A program made the translations under genes and the position numbers. Below are positions 58,101 through 64,000 of a stretch of 64,000 nt of DNA, one piece after another; position 1 is the stretch's first letter; each line of letters starts with the position of its first letter. Origin of the DNA: Candidatus Latescibacterota bacterium (lineage in GTDB: Bacteria > Latescibacterota > UBA2968 > GCA-2709665); contig OZ250150.1 in NCBI GenBank assembly GCA_965237675.1, forward strand, positions 416,001 to 480,000. The letters run 5' to 3'. The notes beneath the pieces were generated by a model, which was not told where the DNA came from, did no database searches, and saw only the letters and a list, made by a program, of their open reading frames with translations.

Positions 58101-59706
58101 ACTTCAAACCTGGATAAACAACCGGGAAGATGAGCATCTTGAATTCAAAGAGGCAAAGACGAGGTTCAACTTTAAGACCTTGGTGAAGTACTGTGTTGCC
58201 CTCGCTAATGAACGCGGAGGAAGGATTATCTTGGGCGTTGCGGATAAACTGCCGCGAAGGGTTGTCGGTAGCACGGCTTTTCGAAATCTCGAAAGGACAA
58301 AGGAAGACCTGATTGAGCGACTGCGGCTTCGTGTTGACGTCGAAGAGATTCAACACCCGGATGGTCGGGTTCTGGTCTTTCAGGTACCCTCCCGTCCGAT
58401 CGGTGTGCCTATGCAGTATGAAGGCGCGTATTGGATGCGTGGTGGCGAGGCCCTTATTCCAATGACACCGGATCAACTCGAACGCATTTTTGCCGAGGCC
58501 ACGCCAGATTTCTCGTCTGAGATTTGTACATCTGCCAAGTTGGACGATCTCGATCCAATCGCCGTGGAGGTTTTGCGTCATTTTTGGCAGCGCAAGTCGC
58601 CAGACCAGGATATCTCGACCCGCCCGGTAGAGCAACTGCTGGCAGATGCGGAGCTGATAGTTGATGGCCAGGTGACGAACGCGGCGCTGATCCTTCTGGG
58701 CACGCGCAAAGCCCTGGGCAAGTATCTCGCCCAGGCAGAGCTTATCTTCGAGTACCGATCCAACGAAGTGCCGGGACCGGCGGCGGAACGACAGGAGTTC
58801 AGACAGGGCTTTCTTCCTGTGCTCGACGAGATCTGGCGACTCATCAATCAGCGCAATGACCTGCAACACTTTCAGCAAGGGCTTTTTAATTGGGATGTGC
58901 CCACTTTCAACGTGCGCGTTGTCCGCGAGGCCGTCTTGAACGCAGTGAGTCACCGTGATTATCGCCTCGGAGGATCCATCTTTATTCGCCAATACCCTCG
59001 ACGCATTGAGATCGTCAGCCCTGGAGGGTTTCCAGACGGCATCACCCCCGAGAATATCCTGCGGCAACAAAATCCGCGCAATCGTCGTATCGCCGAAGTC
59101 CTTGGCAAATGCGGCCTGGTCGAACGGGCAGGGCAGGGGTTTGACCTCATCTTTCGCGAGTGTATTCAGCAGAGTAAGCCGTTGCCCGATTTCACCCATA
59201 CGGATGCGCACTCCGTATGGCTCACATTGGACGGCGATATCCAGGATCCGGAGTTTCTCCGTTTTCTGGAGGAGATTGGTCTGGAACGAGTCGCCGCATT
59301 CGGGCTTGACGATTTTCTGGTGGTCGATTTCGTCCACCGCGACCAACGGGTTCCGGATAACCTCGAACCGAGAATTGAGCATCTGCTGGAACAGGGGATC
59401 ATCGAGCGCGTCGGACGCGGGCGGGGCGTTCGGCTACTGCTTTCACGGCGGTTCTACCGCCACATCGGTAAGCCAGGGGTCTACACGCGCAAGCGGGGAT
59501 TGGACCGCGAGACGAACAAGGAACTGCTACTGAAGCACATTCAAGATAACCGGAAGGAAGGGAGTCCATTGAAGGAACTCGTTCAGGTGTTGCCAGCTCT
59601 TTCTTACGTCCAAGTACAGAAATTACTCCAAGCCTTGAGAATTGGGGGGCAGATCCACAAAGTCGGAAACACTCGCGCCGCTCGCTGGTATCCAGGCAGA
59701 GCTTAA
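58081..59706 (+). CDS. AlbA_2 + HATPase_c_4 + wHTH ATP-binding protein (second subfamily)
   Basis: EDEHLEFKEA, VALANERGG.IILGV.D, REAVLNAVSHRDY, SPGGFP, PRNRRIAE, VERAGQG, G.TRAARW. Confidence 0.88.
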   Translation: MTVSIRELQTWINNREDEHLEFKEAKTRFNFKTLVKYCVALANERGGRIILGVADKLPRRVVGSTAFRNLERTKEDLIERLRLRVDVEEIQHPDGRVLVFQVPSRPIGVPMQYEGAYWMRGGEALIPMTPDQLERIFAEATPDFSSEICTSAKLDDLDPIAVEVLRHFWQRKSPDQDISTRPVEQLLADAELIVDGQVTNAALILLGTRKALGKYLAQAELIFEYRSNEVPGPAAERQEFRQGFLPVLDEIWRLINQRNDLQHFQQGLFNWDVPTFNVRVVREAVLNAVSHRDYRLGGSIFIRQYPRRIEIVSPGGFPDGITPENILRQQNPRNRRIAEVLGKCGLVERAGQGFDLIFRECIQQSKPLPDFTHTDAHSVWLTLDGDIQDPEFLRFLEEIGLERVAAFGLDDFLVVDFVHRDQRVPDNLEPRIEHLLEQGIIERVGRGRGVRLLLSRRFYRHIGKPGVYTRKRGLDRETNKELLLKHIQDNRKEGSPLKELVQVLPALSYVQVQKLLQALRIGGQIHKVGNTRAARWYPGRA

Positions 59707-59713
59707 TCCGGGA

Positions 59714-60088
59714 TTGTGCCTGAAAATAAATAATAGGACAAAAAGCATAAATTCGGCACAATTTTGGCATAATAGATTTCGTAAGTATCTGTTTTTTTGG
59801 ACTTTTTTACTTTGTTTTTTCCTGACAAAGCATAAATCTTCAAGCAAAAAAGTCATAATTCAGTTGTTCGGGGAGCAGATCCACCGGGGATGATGAAGAC
59901 CGTGCTCGTTTTTGCGCAAGCGCGATCGCCGCGCCACATGGCATGCGGCCCGGTCTCTCAGGTTGTCAGGCGCCGGAGCCTGAATTTCCATTAGCCGCTA
60001 ATTGATCGATAATTGTCGGAACGACACCCGAATTCTATAACCCGTTAATTTTATTGCATTTGTTTAATTGACGGGTAATTGACTGGAA
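59714..60088 (+). repeat. ~370-bp direct repeat, copy 3 (ends in 54-bp core, leader of hsdR)
   Basis: Aligns with 52029-52393. Confidence 0.88.
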
Positions 60089-60096
60089 CCTCCTTC

Positions 60097-61068
60097 TTGA
60101 CCACAGACACCTCCGAACGCGGTCTTGAAAGCCTCATTTGCAGGTCGTTGGCCGGCGACCCGAATATTGCGACACATTCAGGCGATTCGGGTGACAGGCC
60201 CGCCACCTATAGTGCGGGGTGGCTTCACGGGGACCCGCACGATTATGACCGTGAATATTGTGTAGACCTGAATCACCTTTCGACTTTTCTGGGTCTGACC
60301 CAGCCCGACGTTGCAGAGGCGCTGGACCTCCGGCAGGATAGCCCGACGCGACGGAAGTTTCTGGCTCGCCTGCAGGGTGAGATAACCAGGCGCGGCACAA
60401 TCGATGTACTTCGTAGGGGGATCAAGCACGGACGCCATCAGATCGACCTGTTCTACGGCGCGCCTTCGCCGGGCAACGATAAGGCCAGGGCACGGTACGA
60501 GCATAACCGGTTCAGCGTCACCCGCCAACTCCAATACAGCCGTGACAATACGCGGCTTGCTCTCGATTTGTGCCTTTTTATCAACGGCCTGCCGGTTGCA
60601 ACCTTTGAACTGAAGAACAGCCTCACCAAGCAAACGGCAGAGGATGCCATTGAACAGTACAAACGCGACCGAAGTCCCTCCGAAAAGCTCTTCGAGTTCG
60701 GTCCCGTGCCGACCGGCGTGGGAACTGGAAAGCCCGAGCCCGAGATTGACCGTCTGAGCAACATACTGAGAATGTTCAACGAACTGTTCGGAAATATCGA
60801 TTGGAAGGACGCGGACAAGATCGGACGGGGCATCGCCGAGGAGTTGCCAGCGAAGGTCGCCGCCGACAGGGCTTACTGGAACGCGATGGAAAACTCGGAC
60901 AGGCAGAACGCACGGATCGAGCACGACAAGGCGCTCGAAAGGGCCGTGACGGAACTGCTGTCCGACCACGCCGAGCTATTCAAGCAGTTCAGCGACAACG
61001 AGTCGTTCCGGAAATGGCTATCAGAGACCAACTTTCGTTCCACTTACCGTCAAACAGCCAACGTTTGA
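60097..61068 (+). pseudogene. hsdR: Type I RM HsdR with large in-frame internal deletion (motor domain missing)
   Basis: N-terminal endonuclease region (NRFSVTRQLQYS, LDLCLFINGLPVATFELKN, QYK.DR) joined at ~60700 to the C-terminus (PEPEIDRLSNIL..FNELFG, QNARIEHDKAL, LFKQFSDNESFRKWL). Confidence 0.85.
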
Positions 61069-61208
61069 AGGGGCCCCGCCCAGTCCGGCCGATGACAACC
61101 GTGCTGAAAAAGAGAACCTGTTTGCCACACGGACTCCACTGTGGTTCCCGTTGAACTGGTGGCTCGATCACCATCAACCATAATTCCAAGGCTGACTGAA
61201 AAGAAAGA

Positions 61209-64000
61209 ATGAGTGGATACCATTCAACAGCTAGAATTGCCGGAGACGAACTGATCCTGTCCCAGGCTCAGGGTCAGGTCCAGACGTTCTTCGATGAGCT
61301 GAAGAACGGCACGCAGAATTATCGGACCATTGCCAGCCTTGGTGAACAGATCACGCAGGAATACCGGGGCCGATGCATTTTGGAACTGATGCAAAATGCC
61401 CACGACGCGCTGGCGAATGCCGCGCCAGATGACCCGCGACGGATCTCATTCGTTCTGACCACCTCTCCTGAACCCGTACTTCTAATCGCAAATAGTGGTT
61501 GTCCTTTCCACACTGATGACTTCAAGGGAATCTGTCAACTTGGACAGAGCCCAAAGGATCCCAACGAGAGCGTTGGTAACAAGGGTTTGGGCTTCCGGAG
61601 TGTCCTAGAAGTGTCAACCTGCCCGGAGATTTGGTCCACGACTCCTGCCGGAAGCGACACTGCCTTCGTTTTCCGCTTCGACCCCTCCGTTGCTGATCGG
61701 GTAGCGGCGGCAGCGCACACGTTTGACCAACATGGACTTGCTGCGCGTTCACCATTCGATACAAAACGCCCGCTTGTCGACTGGTCACAGGAACAAATCG
61801 AGCGATATCGTGAACGTTTGTCCGATGAGGAGAAAGAAGGCTCACACGAGGCTGAAAATTTCCTGTCGCCTTACCAGTTTCCGCTCCCAATCGAAGGCGT
61901 TCTGTTCGAGGTAGAGGAGCTATTGTGCGCAGGGCATGCGACCGTCATCCGGCTTCGCCTGGACGGTGGGAGGACTGGTACTTGCGAGGAAGCAGTCCGG
62001 TCGGTAAAGGAGCAACTTCAAAACTTGGATGCCCGATCGACGGTTTTCCTTTCTCACCTTGAGGAACTTGTCGTCGATATCGATGGCGAAAGACGCATAT
62101 TGGAACGAGTAGTCGACTCGGAATTTGAGTTCTCAGGCTGCCAGCGCACTCGGCAGCAGCGGCTGGTGGTTGGATGTTCAGACCCGTTCCCAGACGACAA
62201 CACGACCCGGAAGTTCCATGTATGGCTTCGCAAACTCGGAGGAGACGACGACCCCGAGCAAGCGGAGCAAATCCGCGCCCTCGTGAAGCACCTGCCAAAT
62301 CGATGGCCGGAGGTCCGACAAGTAGAGGTGGGCATCGTCGTCGAGGAAGCGACCGAGCCCAAGCCGGGAGTCTTCGTGATTTTCCTGCCGACAGAGATGA
62401 CGACCGGTACGGGGGCACATGTCAATGCCCCCTTCTACGGTTCCCTTGACCGGCGCGAGATCAACTTCGATGTTAACTACAACAAGCTGCTCCTCGAAAG
62501 TGTGTTGGATCTGTGCCTCGACGTGGCCTTCGGGTTAATCTCCGAGGAACCTGGAACTTGGCAGGCCTGCGCCGTGATTGATCTTCTTTCATCAACCGCG
62601 GCGGCTGGCGGACAGAGTTGGTGTTTCCTGGACGAACTGCGAAAACGCGCGGCGGAACGAGACAGCGCTCTCGAAAACCATGCGCTGGTTCTTTGTCATG
62701 GCGGCTGGCATGTTCCGGGCAAGGCAAGGGTAATGCCGTACATTGCTGACGACAATCTGATCGGCGCCGAGAGATGGCGCGAGCATGCCGGGTTCGCCGT
62801 CGTTTCGTCTGTGCTCGATGGCCGGCAGGAAGCTGTGGAGACACTTCTCAAGAAGCTTGATGGTTCGCCGAGCCCAACGCATTCCGAATGGCGGGGGTCC
62901 ATTGAACAGGTCGCGAAGGAAATCAAGGCTTGCAGGATCGATGTGACGTGGGATGACTTTTTTAATAGCTTGCTCGCCGTGCTGCCAGAGGATATGCGAT
63001 CCGAACCGGAACCGTGGGCAGATGACCCTGATCCGCTTGCTCCTGCAAGTTTTCTCCCTACGCAAGACGGGCGTCTGTTCAGCGCCTCGGACTCTCCGGT
63101 GTTGTTTTTTCAGCCTGTGCAAGGCACTGATGACGTCGTGGATATCGTTGAAGAGGTTCCCAACTCCGTAAAGCACCGTGTTGCTTTTCTACACCACGAC
63201 ATCCGAACACGAGAGGAGGCGCCACAGGGCCGCAATACCGCAGTACAAAAGTTCCTTGATGGTCGGTTCGTACGTACTTTTCGCCGGGAGGATATCCTCC
63301 GAGACATCGTCCTTAAAGCACTGCCTTCACTACCGACTCCTCACGGCGGGCAAAATGCTGAGCTTTGCTCGGACCTTTTCTCTTGGACAATGAGGTTGGT
63401 GGGCGAGGACGAACCGGACACGTTGCTGCCCTTGCTCAAATCGCTGCCCATCGCCTGCCTTGGCGGCTGGTATGCGATGCGCGACGCGGTGTTCGGGCCT
63501 GGTTGGCAGGGCCGACGTGGCGACCTTATCTGGTCGCTTGCGGACGAACTGCCTGAAGACGCGGCAAGGCTAGTGCGCGATACAGCGCTTCTCCCGCCGG
63601 AGGACCCGCGCTGGGGTGTCACTGTGGAAGGCCGCAATGGGTTATTTGCTCGAGCGGGGGTGTTTGATGGTCTTCCGTTAGAAAATTCGACCGAAGCTTG
63701 CTTTAATATGAGTAGCAGCTCCTACGAGCTTCCCGCCGAGCCGCCAGCCGGCACACCGCAGGCGGCGTGGGACGACTGGCGCAACGCGGTGCGCGAGCAT
63801 GCAAAGCCCTACTTCAGCGGTTGGCACGAATACACGCTGTCGGAAGTCCAACTGCTGCCCGAAATCCACTGCTTGGAATCGTTGAGTCCGAACGGGCGGC
63901 AAGTCCTGTCGAACCTCATTCTTGCGTCGATCGGATCTTGGGGAGGTTGGGAGTCGGTTGAGATCACAAAGAATGGAGGGTATTCCTGGTCACACCGCGT
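61209..64000 (+). CDS. Large sacsin/NO-VEIN-like GHKL ATPase protein (3' end outside window; absent from ORF track)
   Basis: Manual translation from ATG 61209: EYRGRCILELMQNAHDA, LIANSG.PF, SPKD..ESVGNKGLGFRSV, TVIRLRL, VFL.HL, IFLPT, HVNAPFYGSLDR; no stop noticed to the window end. Confidence 0.82.
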   Translation, partial: MSGYHSTARIAGDELILSQAQGQVQTFFDELKNGTQNYRTIASLGEQITQEYRGRCILELMQNAHDALANAAPDDPRRISFVLTTSPEPVLLIANSGCPFHTDDFKGICQLGQSPKDPNESVGNKGLGFRSVLEVSTCPEIWSTTPAGSDTAFVFRFDPSVADRVAAAAHTFDQHGLAARSPFDTKRPLVDWSQEQIERYRERLSDEEKEGSHEAENFLSPYQFPLPIEGVLFEVEELLCAGHATVIRLRLDGGRTGTCEEAVRSVKEQLQNLDARSTVFLSHLEELVVDIDGERRILERVVDSEFEFSGCQRTRQQRLVVGCSDPFPDDNTTRKFHVWLRKLGGDDDPEQAEQIRALVKHLPNRWPEVRQVEVGIVVEEATEPKPGVFVIFLPTEMTTGTGAHVNAPFYGSLDRREINFDVNYNKLLLESVLDLCLDVAFGLISEEPGTWQACAVIDLLSSTAAAGGQSWCFLDELRKRAAERDSALENHALVLCHGGWHVPGKARVMPYIADDNLIGAERWREHAGFAVVSSVLDGRQEAVETLLKKLDGSPSPTHSEWRGSIEQVAKEIKACRIDVTWDDFFNSLLAVLPEDMRSEPEPWADDPDPLAPASFLPTQDGRLFSASDSPVLFFQPVQGTDDVVDIVEEVPNSVKHRVAFLHHDIRTREEAPQGRNTAVQKFLDGRFVRTFRREDILRDIVLKALPSLPTPHGGQNAELCSDLFSWTMRLVGEDEPDTLLPLLKSLPIACLGGWYAMRDAVFGPGWQGRRGDLIWSLADELPEDAARLVRDTALLPPEDPRWGVTVEGRNGLFARAGVFDGLPLENSTEACFNMSSSSYELPAEPPAGTPQAAWDDWRNAVREHAKPYFSGWHEYTLSEVQLLPEIHCLESLSPNGRQVLSNLILASIGSWGGWESVEITKNGGYSWSHR

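Noticed and set aside
52029-60088. Repeats as a CRISPR array or attC sites
   Set aside because: Only three copies, kilobases apart, with no spacer periodicity, cas genes, RYYYAAC/GTTRRRY box pairs or integrase.
38019-61068. Functional type I RM system
   Set aside because: hsdM lacks its N-terminal half and is frameshifted; hsdR lacks the motor.
1-64000. tRNA/rRNA genes, prophage genes or an island integrase
   Set aside because: None recognised by eye; tRNAscan and cmscan were not run.

Overview
GC-rich bacterial window, probably from an uncultured FCB-group lineage (Latescibacterota/Gemmatimonadota-like; inferred from gene content only), with two halves. (1) 1-37.8 kb is a mostly + strand uptake/catabolic region. 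It holds a TonB-dependent receptor + CTD-bearing secreted protein + PorV-like barrel, many orphan glycosidase/hydrolase-like genes, three PhyH-type Fe/2OG oxygenases (two with HxG instead of HxD), and scattered TA modules, an IS1380, MITE-like elements and REP-like repeats. (2) 38-64 kb is a lower-GC defence island built on a decayed type I restriction-modification scaffold (hsdM and hsdR broken, hsdS intact). The hsdM-hsdS gap holds a nested IS21/IS256 chimera, a DUF6602-like gene and a tightly packed operon: helical protein - TIR(DUF1863) - Nmad2 - MazG/MazG-C - UDG-like. This operon is the best candidate for an uncharacterised nucleotide-centred defence system. The hsdS-hsdR gap holds a tandem stack of four cargo units (OLD nuclease; AlbA_2 ATPase; ImmA/IrrE + DarTG; DUF433 + AlbA_2 ATPase). 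They are separated by three small hsdR-start/hsdS-end fusion scars and by a repeated 54-bp hsdR leader. A large sacsin-like ATPase gene missing from the ORF track runs off the right end. All family assignments come from recognising motifs by eye, not from database searches.
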